Positions 18,584 through 27,987 of a stretch of 64,000 bases of DNA are shown in pieces. How positions within the stretch are numbered: the stretch's first letter is position 1; each line of letters starts with the position of its first letter. A program made the position numbers and the translations under genes. The DNA is from an uncultured Verrucomicrobiae bacterium (GTDB lineage: Bacteria; Verrucomicrobiota; Verrucomicrobiia; Chthoniobacterales; Terrimicrobiaceae). Location: positions 64,001-128,000 of the forward strand of contig CAVPOC010000010.1 in assembly GCA_963706955.1 (NCBI GenBank), read 5' to 3'. Under the pieces are notes generated by a model. It saw nothing but the letters and a program-made list of their open reading frames with translations. It searched no databases and had not been told where the DNA came from.

Positions 18584-20257
18584 ATGTCAACTCCCTCGGT
18601 CTTGGAAGTTTCGGAAGATCCCACTGCACGTAACGCGCCCTTACGCGCCACCCGGCGATCGATTCGCCCGGCCTTGCCGGGGGAGCGAATTCAATTTTCT
18701 GCCCAGCGTGAAGCGATTCCTCTACAGCATTTCTGGAGCTTCTGTTCGACGGCGGGACGGGCCAACGAGGGATTGCGGGAAGGTTGGCGTGAACATCTGC
18801 GCCTGACTGTAAAGCATTGCGGAACTCGCCGGCTGCGATTTCACGGACTTTTCCACGACGACATGTTTGCGTGCCGGCGTAATGGAAACGGCGAGCTGGT
18901 CTTCAATTTTCAGTATATCGATGACCTCTTCGATGCTCTGCTAGCCGCGAACGTTCGCCCGTTCGTGGAATTTGGTTTTTTCCCGAAGGACTTGGCGCCG
19001 GCGTCGGACATCCGCTGCTTTTGGTGGCAGGCGCACGTGACGCCGCCGGACGACTTGCGCGAGTGGAGCCACTTGGTGGAGAGTGCGGTTCGGCACTTCA
19101 TCCAACGCTATGGACGCGATGAGGTCCGCAGTTGGTACTTTGAAGTTTGGAACGAGCCAAATCTCTGGTTTTTCTTCAATGCCACCAAGAGCAAGTATTT
19201 CGAGCTTTATCGCGCGACGGCGCTGGCGGTGAAAGGGGTCGATCGCGAACTGAAGGTGGGAGGTCCCGCCACTAGCAACTTCGTTCCCGATGATCGCTTT
19301 GATGGGGAGCAACAGGAGGGTCACAAGGCCATAACCCACCAACTGGAGGACCTTGGGACGGTCAAATGGCGAGGAGTCTGGATCGAAGAGTTTCTTGAGT
19401 ATTGTGCCAAAGAAGGCCTACCGGTCGACTTCGTCTCCACACATCCTTATCCGACGGATATTCCCTTCGGACACGACATCACCGGAATGCGCACGCGTCC
19501 CTCCGACGCGACCTTGAGCGACATGAAGTGGCTGCGCACGGCGATCGACCACAGCGCGTTTCCGTCTGCCGAGATTCATTTGACTGAGTGGAGCACAAGT
19601 CCCTCGGCTCGCGATTTTACGCACGATTACCCGCAGTCCGCCGCTTACATCCTCACGACCAATATCGCCGCGGCGGGCTTGGTTGATTCTCTGGCCTACT
19701 GGACGTTTACCGATGTTTTTGAAGAGCACGGCGCAGGCGATGCTGCCTTTCATGGGGGCTTCGGGCTCATCAACTACCAAGGGATCGTCAAGCCCGCCTT
19801 TCACGCTTACCGCTTCCTTAACCAGCTCGGGACAGAAGAGATTTTTCGGAGTGATGGATTTCTCGCCACGCGTTCGAAACACGCGGGCCATGTCCGCGCG
19901 GTCATCTGCCATTATCCTGACCAATACCCAGGCAGCCCGCCGTTTGCGTTGTCGCTGGAAGAGGCCGAGAAGATCCTTGCCATTGGCGAGCCGACTACCC
20001 GCAGCATTCTGATCCATGATCTTCCGCCACAAACTCCTTATCTCGTCGAGACAGTCGATGCGGAGCATGGCTTCGCGGTGCGGGCATGGCAGGCAATGGG
20101 TCAACCGCAGTCGCCCTCACCGGATCAACTCACTCTGCTTCGCGATCTCGGCTGGGATACCCGTCGCGAAATCATCCGGGTCGACGATGAGGGCCTGTTG
20201 CGCCTCGATTTAAAACTTTTGCCCTGGGCAATTGCGCTCGTTCGCGAGATCGCGTAA
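18584..20257 (+). CDS. Glycoside hydrolase family 39 (beta-xylosidase-like), no signal peptide
   Basis: RFHGLFHDDM, RPFVEFGFFP, YFEVWNEPN (acid/base), DFVSTHPYPTD, HLTEW (nucleophile), YWTFTDVFEE, FHGGFGL. Confidence 0.92.
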   Translation: MSTPSVLEVSEDPTARNAPLRATRRSIRPALPGERIQFSAQREAIPLQHFWSFCSTAGRANEGLREGWREHLRLTVKHCGTRRLRFHGLFHDDMFACRRNGNGELVFNFQYIDDLFDALLAANVRPFVEFGFFPKDLAPASDIRCFWWQAHVTPPDDLREWSHLVESAVRHFIQRYGRDEVRSWYFEVWNEPNLWFFFNATKSKYFELYRATALAVKGVDRELKVGGPATSNFVPDDRFDGEQQEGHKAITHQLEDLGTVKWRGVWIEEFLEYCAKEGLPVDFVSTHPYPTDIPFGHDITGMRTRPSDATLSDMKWLRTAIDHSAFPSAEIHLTEWSTSPSARDFTHDYPQSAAYILTTNIAAAGLVDSLAYWTFTDVFEEHGAGDAAFHGGFGLINYQGIVKPAFHAYRFLNQLGTEEIFRSDGFLATRSKHAGHVRAVICHYPDQYPGSPPFALSLEEAEKILAIGEPTTRSILIHDLPPQTPYLVETVDAEHGFAVRAWQAMGQPQSPSPDQLTLLRDLGWDTRREIIRVDDEGLLRLDLKLLPWAIALVREIA

Positions 20258-20352
20258 AGACCCCTCTTGAAGATTTCGGAACAGCGCAGGACGGCGGCAG
20301 AATGCCGCGTTTTACTAGTTGGCAATCGGGCACGCATCGATAAAGGGGAGCA

Positions 20353-23300
20353 ATGAGGTTGCTAGGATCCCGCTGCGGGCCTCTCGTCTCCTCGATCGCG
20401 TGGCGGTTCAGTTTGCGTTCGGCGCGCCTGGCATTTTGCACATTGCTGACCATCGTTACCGGAGGAAGAGCGTGGAGCGTGGCCCCTCTGCTTTCGCAGC
20501 TTCGCGTCGAGCAAAAAATCGAAAACGACAATAACCTCCATCGGGCGCAGCCGGACCTGAACATTTCCTTCGCCTTGGCGGAGCCATCCGAGGTCACGAT
20601 GACGATCGCGCGTCATCTGGCCGGCTACGACGAGTATAAATGGCCGTATTTGGCGCAGCCATTTCCGGTGCGGACTCTCCGACTGGGCAAATTGCCGGCC
20701 GGCAACCACTCGGTCACTTGGGATGGACTCGATGAAAAAGGCGAGCCGATCGTCGAGGTGCAGAATGTCACGCCTGCGGAACTTGAACGGCTGAAGCTTA
20801 CCACAGCCACACCGGAAGAACTGACAAGAACACTCCCCGTTAATCTCCTGCAGGTGGCCGTTGAAGCAGGCAAGGAGCGTCTCTTCGTCAACTTTGAACG
20901 GGCGGCCGATACGTTGCGCCCGAATCGCAGCGTCCGGCCGTTTACGATGGCTGTCTTGGATCGGCAGGGAAACTATTTGGTTGCCGATTTTCAAGGAGGG
21001 AGCGTTCTGCGCTACTCGCCGGAATGGGTCCTCCTGGATCGGTGGCCCAGAGACCACAGCCGGGGCCAGGGCTACGAGCCAATGGAATGTCAGGAGGCGG
21101 GAATCGATAGCAAAGGCAACGTCTTCGCCATGACCGGCAACGGAGTTTACCGCTATGGAGCCAACGATGGCGGAGAGCCATCTCCATGGCCCGAACAATC
21201 CGAATACACCAAGTCTCAAAATTTCGGCCATGTGCTCGGATTCAAAACCGACAATCCCGAGTTGGCCAAAAAGCCTGGTTTCGCGGAGCGGTTCTCCGGG
21301 TTCGCGATTGACAATCAGGACAACATCTATCTGGGGCGACCGAGTCCAGAGCCGTGTATTCAAGTCTTTAACAACGCGGGCAAGTTTCTGCGCACCCTCC
21401 AGCTTCCGGAAGGCCGCCGGCCAGCGAAGATTCGTTGGCTCGGGAATGGAACCCTCGCGGTCGCAGCCATTGGTTCCAATCCCGAGGGAGTGGTTTTCTT
21501 AGTGGATGCCGAGAGCGGCCAGGTAAAAAAACGCATCGAAGAGAACAACCCCATCGTGCTTTGGTCGGGTCCGGATGGATCTTTCATTACGGGTCACGAC
21601 GGCACCATCGTGCGACGCTACACGAGGACCGGGGACCCTTTGCCATTTGGTCCTGACGTAACTAATGCGAAGGAAAATGAGATACGGTTTGCACCACACG
21701 AATTCGGGCTTCCCAAGAACGCTCCCGGATATCCGGCGAATGCCAAAGGATATGCAATGGCGGTTGACGGCAGTTTTTCCGTCTCCGAGGGCTCTGAATC
21801 CAATAGTGCCATAGAAAAGACCGACCTCCTCACCTTTTCGAAGGACGGGACCTACCAGCCCCAAACGATCCAAACGCGCCTTGGCCAGCGAGTGCCCGGA
21901 AACGTCTTTCTCGACAATGCTTCGGCGGTCTTCGACTTGTTCGTGACGAACTTCTCGGAACAGGCGCAACCACTGGCGGTTCGTTGGACGCTCACTGACT
22001 TCGACGGAAAGACAACCACTGGGGTCTCTCAATTGACAGCGACGCCACTGTCTCGGCAGACACTTCCGCTGGCGGTCAATGCGCCGATCCCCGGCCATTA
22101 CCGTCTTGCTGTAGAAGTCCGCCAGGGCGAGAAGCTGCTCGAGGGAATGAAGGCGCAGCTCGCGCGCATCCCCTCGCGGGAGACAAAGGCGAATCGCTAT
22201 TCTCCCTTCGCGATGTGCGCTGTCGGGGAGTTCGAAGTGATGAAGTTGGCCGGAGTCAAGAGCCAGCGCGCAGACTCCGCCTCTTGGGCTCGCCAACTCG
22301 AGCCTCTCAACGGCATTTTCTACCCTAATCGTCCTGAAGCGGTCCAGTTCGGACGGGGTGGGGCCGATAGCTTGCGGGCATTTGCCCGGCAAGAGGGCTT
22401 TCTCGTGCTCAATGGCCTGAACTATGGCGAAGGCTGGCTGGGAGGCGACTGGGTGGGGCGCCCAACGCACTTCGTCTACAGCTACGACCGCTTTTACGAA
22501 TATTGCCTGCGAATTCTCGACCTGTTCTCCGGAAAGGGAGAGGCCTTTTATCAATTCTGGAACGAACCCGATAACTTCTGGCGCCCGCGAGGGCGATTCG
22601 GTCTCGAGCACTTTGCCCTCGTGCAGAAGCACGTTTGGAGCATGGTTAAGGCTCGCGACAAGGACGCGTTGGCGGTAGCGGATGGCGATGCGGGCGGTCT
22701 GAAAACCATGGAGGAGTTCACCAAGATGGGCGTTTCGGATTGGAATGACAGCGTGCAAATGCACTACCCGGCCGCCACCGTCTATGCCTGGGATAACATG
22801 AAGTTTCCCGACCTGCCCGAGACCAAGGTGCCAGCGATCGCCAAACTGGTGCAGATCCGCAACAATTCGGCTCCGGGGAAGGAAGTGTGGAACACGGAAG
22901 ACACAGTTCCCGCAAATCCTAAAACCGCCGAAGTAGCGGCCGCCAACTTGCCGCGCATGTTCATCTCACAGATCGCCGCCGGCGTGGATAAGATTTACCT
23001 GTTCTTACAGACGGGCTCGAACAGCAGCCGCCATGACGTCACCAGTTGCCTGGACGAGAACGGCCACCCGTTCCCAACCTTCGTGAGTTACGCCACGACG
23101 TCTCACCTGATCGATGGCGCCGTTTATGCGGGACAGGCCGACCTTGGAGAGAACGCGCGCGGATACCTCTTCGCGCGCGGGCAGGACTTCGTCTTCGCTG
23201 CCAACACCATCTCCGGAACACGGGAAGTAAGCCTGGATGTGGGCGTTCCCAGTGTGACGATCGTCGACATCATGGGCCGTGCGCGAGAGGTGCCCGCGCC

Positions 23301-24168
23301 CGGAGGACGGCTCCGATTCGCCTTATCTTCTCAGGTTCAATACCTCTTGCTACCGCGCAATAATCCTGCGGCGTTGAAGATCGCCACCGCAGAACTTAGG
23401 AGCCGCCTGGGAGCTCTACAGATCACCGCCGCCGAATTGCAGGCCAGGATCTCGGAGGCAGCACGTGGAGCCGCCGCAGACCCGACCATGATGAATCGCC
23501 TGTATCATTTGGTCCGAGCCACCGAAGTTGCGGCCATCACCACGGCGACGCCTCAAGGCAAAGTGGACGTATCCCTTCTTGCCCAGGCTGCTCGCCAGGC
23601 GGTGCAGAAGCGCGAAGGAGCCGCGGGATACCTTCGAAACGCGCGCCTTGCCTTGGATTGGACAGAGCGGCTTGCCCAGCAAGCCGAGCGGGATCCGCGA
23701 TTAGCCAGGCCGGCGTGGATGGCCGCGCAAGCGACGCAGAGCCTCGCGGCCATCGAGCAGCCGATGTATCCTGGAGTAGTGGTAAACGCCTTCATCGGCG
23801 AGCCGGGAGAAATCCAGAAAATTCGCTCCATTGTTCCCGTGGCGAATGAGCCGGCCACTTCCATAGATGACAAATTCAGATTTGAGATCGAACGAAAGCC
23901 CGGCGAATCCTTCGAACTGGAACTGACCGTCAGCAATTATTACCGGCACAGGATCCAGGGCGTGTTGTCACCTCGTCTGCCCGAAGGTTGGAAAGTCGCG
24001 CAGGGACCGACCAACTACTCGCTCGAACCTGGGCGCTGGCAGCGCGTTCTCTTTACCATCCAAATCCCCGAGTCCGCCAAAGTCGAAGAGATCTACGACG
24101 TGGGCGGCCAAACTCTCTATCAAGGCAGCCCTGTAAAAGAAATCCATGCCTCTCGTGTGAAACTGTGA
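20353..24168 (+). CDS. Large secreted multidomain protein: FlgD-Ig-like, NHL beta-propeller, Ig-like, clan GH-A barrel, helical region, NEW3-like C-terminus
   Basis: 1271 aa; signal-like N-terminus; PAGNHSVTWDGLDEKG; GIDSKGNVF, AIDNQDNIY; FWNEPDN, MHYP, VWNTED; C-terminal LPEGWKV..LEPG. Confidence 0.72.
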   Translation: MRLLGSRCGPLVSSIAWRFSLRSARLAFCTLLTIVTGGRAWSVAPLLSQLRVEQKIENDNNLHRAQPDLNISFALAEPSEVTMTIARHLAGYDEYKWPYLAQPFPVRTLRLGKLPAGNHSVTWDGLDEKGEPIVEVQNVTPAELERLKLTTATPEELTRTLPVNLLQVAVEAGKERLFVNFERAADTLRPNRSVRPFTMAVLDRQGNYLVADFQGGSVLRYSPEWVLLDRWPRDHSRGQGYEPMECQEAGIDSKGNVFAMTGNGVYRYGANDGGEPSPWPEQSEYTKSQNFGHVLGFKTDNPELAKKPGFAERFSGFAIDNQDNIYLGRPSPEPCIQVFNNAGKFLRTLQLPEGRRPAKIRWLGNGTLAVAAIGSNPEGVVFLVDAESGQVKKRIEENNPIVLWSGPDGSFITGHDGTIVRRYTRTGDPLPFGPDVTNAKENEIRFAPHEFGLPKNAPGYPANAKGYAMAVDGSFSVSEGSESNSAIEKTDLLTFSKDGTYQPQTIQTRLGQRVPGNVFLDNASAVFDLFVTNFSEQAQPLAVRWTLTDFDGKTTTGVSQLTATPLSRQTLPLAVNAPIPGHYRLAVEVRQGEKLLEGMKAQLARIPSRETKANRYSPFAMCAVGEFEVMKLAGVKSQRADSASWARQLEPLNGIFYPNRPEAVQFGRGGADSLRAFARQEGFLVLNGLNYGEGWLGGDWVGRPTHFVYSYDRFYEYCLRILDLFSGKGEAFYQFWNEPDNFWRPRGRFGLEHFALVQKHVWSMVKARDKDALAVADGDAGGLKTMEEFTKMGVSDWNDSVQMHYPAATVYAWDNMKFPDLPETKVPAIAKLVQIRNNSAPGKEVWNTEDTVPANPKTAEVAAANLPRMFISQIAAGVDKIYLFLQTGSNSSRHDVTSCLDENGHPFPTFVSYATTSHLIDGAVYAGQADLGENARGYLFARGQDFVFAANTISGTREVSLDVGVPSVTIVDIMGRAREVPAPGGRLRFALSSQVQYLLLPRNNPAALKIATAELRSRLGALQITAAELQARISEAARGAAADPTMMNRLYHLVRATEVAAITTATPQGKVDVSLLAQAARQAVQKREGAAGYLRNARLALDWTERLAQQAERDPRLARPAWMAAQATQSLAAIEQPMYPGVVVNAFIGEPGEIQKIRSIVPVANEPATSIDDKFRFEIERKPGESFELELTVSNYYRHRIQGVLSPRLPEGWKVAQGPTNYSLEPGRWQRVLFTIQIPESAKVEEIYDVGGQTLYQGSPVKEIHASRVKL

Positions 24169-24244
24169 CACTCCCGGCCTTCAATCCTCCTGAAAGGCGA
24201 CCAGCAACACACGAGGTGCAAACTCCAACGAGAAGGAAAAACCA

Positions 24245-25282
24245 ATGAAAGAAATACTCTCCGACGTCCTGCAACGTAATTCGTGGCTCGCTTTGCTCTG
24301 CGCTGTTTCGTGGCTCATCTCCGAAGGCCAAGCAGCGGAGGCAACGGATCAGGCCAGCCAGCCAGCGACAGAGACCCAGCCCCCCGGCGCGTCTCCTATC
24401 TTCAGCGTCATCTTTGACGATCCGAACCAGCTCTTTGCCTCCTTTTCCGAAGGAATCTCCGGAGCCGACATGCAGAACAATTCCGACCTACAAAGTAAAG
24501 AGGTCGCTACCGGGACCGGCGGAACTGCGAAAATGGAGGTCGGCGGCGGGGACAGGGACGAGGGAAGTGGCGAGCCGCCAAAGGCATTCGCTTGGTTGGC
24601 AAATCCGGACGAGGGCATCAAGTCGGCCCTTCAAGTCAACGGCAACAAGACGGTTTCGGGAACAAGTGGAGTCATCCGCATCAAGCCCGAGGCGGAGGGC
24701 AACTCGATGGCGGCAATCTCGCAGTTTAAGGACGGGAAGATAATTCTGAATGGTGGGATCGACATGTTCTTCCGCTACTCCGAAGAACCCGCGCCCCTTG
24801 AGCTGGTGCCTTTCATCTTTAGCTCACAAGGTCCGGGACTTCATTTCGCCATCCACGCGGCCGAGGGGAGCGTCATCGCCTTCCTGAACGATTCCGAGGG
24901 TCAACAAGTATTCGACACCGACCTTGATGGGACTGCCGATGCAGAGAGGGTTGATACTGCTAAAGTCAATTCAGCCGCGTTTGACCCCGAGAAATTCCAG
25001 CACCTCGCCATTTGGTTTCAAACGGCAGACGACGGGACCGTCACCATGAAAGTCTTTTTCAAGGTTGGAGCCGGTCCGATCAATACCGCCGAAGATGTCG
25101 ATTTGGTTTCGTCAACTTCCTTCCGCATCCTGACGGACCAATCTTCCAAACTCCTTCAACATGATTCCTTGGCCATTGCGGCGAACTCAAGGAGCACCCC
25201 CGAGGTCATCCATAACGACGTGGCGGCCTTCCGGCTGTTCGCGCCGGCGCCCGCGGTCTTTCCAGGCCTCACCGCCGAGTAA
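24245..25282 (+). CDS. Secreted acidic hypothetical protein (possible LamG/concanavalin-like fold)
   Basis: 345 aa, signal peptide ending GQA-AE; DTDLDGTADAE Ca-binding-like loop; FQHLAIWF. Confidence 0.6.
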   Translation: MKEILSDVLQRNSWLALLCAVSWLISEGQAAEATDQASQPATETQPPGASPIFSVIFDDPNQLFASFSEGISGADMQNNSDLQSKEVATGTGGTAKMEVGGGDRDEGSGEPPKAFAWLANPDEGIKSALQVNGNKTVSGTSGVIRIKPEAEGNSMAAISQFKDGKIILNGGIDMFFRYSEEPAPLELVPFIFSSQGPGLHFAIHAAEGSVIAFLNDSEGQQVFDTDLDGTADAERVDTAKVNSAAFDPEKFQHLAIWFQTADDGTVTMKVFFKVGAGPINTAEDVDLVSSTSFRILTDQSSKLLQHDSLAIAANSRSTPEVIHNDVAAFRLFAPAPAVFPGLTAE

Positions 25283-25299
25283 TAGCGCAGCCGAAATCG

Positions 25300-27708
25300 A
25301 TGATTCCTAGGATCGCTATCCAGCTCGCGCACGAAACTCTTAGTGCCTTGAAAGTTCGCCTCCTCTCGTGTCTTTGCGTTGTCACGTGGTGCATTGGGCA
25401 GGGCACGCTTGAGGCTACCCCAGCTCGCTCTCTTGATGTGACGACCGGGGGCGATTGTCAGATTAGCAGTCAAATTTTTGACCTCCAAGGAAAGCTGGTG
25501 CGCTCCTTACGACCCTTCGGACCGGTGAGCGCCGGAACTCATAAGCTTCAATGGGACGGTCTGGATGATAGCGGCAACCAAATGCCCCCGGGCGAATACG
25601 AGTGCCGAATTGTCTTAAACCCAACCATCTACGCCACCGCGGGAGCTCTCGGGAACACCGCCCGGCCGCCGACGGTTAACCTAAACCCCTCCGAGATTCA
25701 GTCGGTGGCCGTCGATGCCGAAGGCCATGTCTATACGGCCAATTTTTGGGAGGAAGCCGCGCAGGATTTTCGCAAGTGGAACCGTGACGATGGGTTCCAT
25801 GTCTTCAACGCGCAGGCACGCATCCGTAACGGCAACCCAGACGCGCTGCCCTATGCGATCGCTGTCGATGAGAAATACATCTACTGTTCGACTTATTCCC
25901 ACAGGGTAAACGCACAACAGCATATTCGTCGTTTCCGACTCAAGGATGGAGAGTCGGCGCCGTTTCCTGCCGCCGCGGCAACGAAAGGGTTTATTTTAGT
26001 TCATGATAACCCCGAGGAGAAAGCTGCAAAAGCGGGAAAAGCTGGCCCTGAAGATCTTTGGAAGCTGCCGTTGCGGGCCCTTGCCGTATCGCGTGGGAAG
26101 CTCTTCGTCACCGACGCTTTGGACGGAAGAGTGCTCTCCTTCGACAAGGAGACCGGTGCGCCGCTCGGTTCGTTCAAGGTCAACTTTCCCCACGCGCTCG
26201 CCATCGACTCGGTCGGGAACCTTTGGGTGGCACACGAAGACGGAGCGATCACCGTATTTAGCCAGGATGGTCAACGTTCTGTCCCAGTCCTAAAAACCTT
26301 GAAACATATTCGGGCGCTTGCTTTCGGTCCAAACAATCTGCTCTACGTCGCCGACAGCGGGACCAACAAGGTGCACATCTTCCGGGTCGATCCCGCCAAG
26401 GCAACCGCCACTTTCCTGCTCAGCTTCGGCCAGCAGGCAAAGCCCGGCGACTACGCGCCGGACCGCTTTCACGAACTTAAAGGAATTGCCGTGGACTCCG
26501 CGGGAAATTTTACGATTGCCCAGGGCCTGGAAGTCACCGGAGCGCGCCTGACCCGGTTCGCGCCGGACGGGCGCGTTATCTGGGACCACGTCGGCGCTGA
26601 GTTTACCAACACCGCGAGCATCTCCAAAGAACATCCCGACGAGGTAATCTCGCAGGTCTTTCATCGCTACAAGGTAGACAAGAAGACCGGAGCTTGGGAG
26701 TTCCGCGGCAGCGTGCTGGATGGCGACCCGAAATATATTCGCTGGATGCACGGCCCCATGCGGCTGCAAAAGCTGGGCGAAACCGAATTCGCATTTCAAG
26801 GTTACGGCGATGGGCTGCAAGTCTATCGGCGCGAGGGCGATCTCTATCGTCCGGCCTCCATGTTTGGCCGTGGCAATCCCTTTCCTGATGGTATCTATCA
26901 CGATGCCATGAAAGAAGGGGAACGACGCCCTAAAGAGGCGATCTGGTCATGGACGGATGTGAATGGAAACGCCAAGGTCGATGAGGAGGAAGTCACCTGG
27001 ATCACGGACCGAGAGTTCGTATCACCCTTCCATAATTTTGGAGTCAGCATCGACGCTGATGGCAATGCCCTCATCTGCAACGACGCGATCACCGAAATTC
27101 CGATGACCGGCTTCGATGGTCGGGGAAATCCCATATACGACCTGACCAAGATGCGGACAATCGTCCCGCGCGACACCTCCGAGAATCCTCTCTTCGCGAA
27201 TCCGGTCATGGCAATCCGCTCCGATGACGGCAGCATCTACGTCCAAACTCGCTCGAAACACTTTCCCAAACCCCAGGAGGCCGAGGGTGGCTGGATGGCG
27301 GGATGGGTGCTCATGCGTTTTGACAAGGATGGCAAAATGCTCTGGTACCGCCAACTGCCGGCAGCCTGCCCGGGAATGGACGTGATCCCAGGAGGTGGCG
27401 GAGTCATGCTCGTAAACATCAAGTTGGAGAAAGAAGGCTGTGACATCTACCATTACAATCAAGACGGCTCATTGATTGGTATAACCAGGCCTTCAGCCGC
27501 GTTCAGGAGCCCGGGCGGAATTCCCGATAACACTGCTTCGCTGGTCATTAGTCGAGATACCCGAGACGGTATAATCGATATGTTTGTTGAGGATTGCATC
27601 GGCAATCGCTTCTACTGGATGCGAGTCGACGATCGTAAAAAGCCCGAGGTCCGCAGCATTCGCTTGCGTCTAGAAGAGCCCGATTCAAACCTCACCAACA
27701 ATCGGTAG
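25300..27708 (+). CDS. Secreted FlgD-Ig plus NHL/SMP-30 beta-propeller protein
   Basis: 802 aa; IFDLQGKLVRSL..AGTHKLQWDGLDDSGNQMPPGEY (FlgD Ig); repeats VAVDAEGHVY, LAIDSVGNLWV, LYVADSG, IAVDSAGN; DVNGNAKVDEEE. Confidence 0.78.
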   Translation: MIPRIAIQLAHETLSALKVRLLSCLCVVTWCIGQGTLEATPARSLDVTTGGDCQISSQIFDLQGKLVRSLRPFGPVSAGTHKLQWDGLDDSGNQMPPGEYECRIVLNPTIYATAGALGNTARPPTVNLNPSEIQSVAVDAEGHVYTANFWEEAAQDFRKWNRDDGFHVFNAQARIRNGNPDALPYAIAVDEKYIYCSTYSHRVNAQQHIRRFRLKDGESAPFPAAAATKGFILVHDNPEEKAAKAGKAGPEDLWKLPLRALAVSRGKLFVTDALDGRVLSFDKETGAPLGSFKVNFPHALAIDSVGNLWVAHEDGAITVFSQDGQRSVPVLKTLKHIRALAFGPNNLLYVADSGTNKVHIFRVDPAKATATFLLSFGQQAKPGDYAPDRFHELKGIAVDSAGNFTIAQGLEVTGARLTRFAPDGRVIWDHVGAEFTNTASISKEHPDEVISQVFHRYKVDKKTGAWEFRGSVLDGDPKYIRWMHGPMRLQKLGETEFAFQGYGDGLQVYRREGDLYRPASMFGRGNPFPDGIYHDAMKEGERRPKEAIWSWTDVNGNAKVDEEEVTWITDREFVSPFHNFGVSIDADGNALICNDAITEIPMTGFDGRGNPIYDLTKMRTIVPRDTSENPLFANPVMAIRSDDGSIYVQTRSKHFPKPQEAEGGWMAGWVLMRFDKDGKMLWYRQLPAACPGMDVIPGGGGVMLVNIKLEKEGCDIYHYNQDGSLIGITRPSAAFRSPGGIPDNTASLVISRDTRDGIIDMFVEDCIGNRFYWMRVDDRKKPEVRSIRLRLEEPDSNLTNNR

Positions 27709-27987
27709 CGCGGCGAGCTTGGACTGCAGAGAAAGGTGCGGAGAGATCGCTCTTAAACTACACCATCTGGTCCATTCGGATCATTGGGATTGCAGATCCC
27801 TTTCTGAGTAGTAACGTGCCGGCCAACGCAACTGCCAGCCCGGCGAACGCTCAATTTTGTCTCACGAGCATGTCGAGCTTGATTTGCCGGCGAAAGCCTC
27901 CAAACTGCTCTTTCTTGTTGCACGAATACTAAAATTGTCTCTATTGGCTTTGATCTACTCAGGACACCTTTTTTCTTCCCCAGGCTT

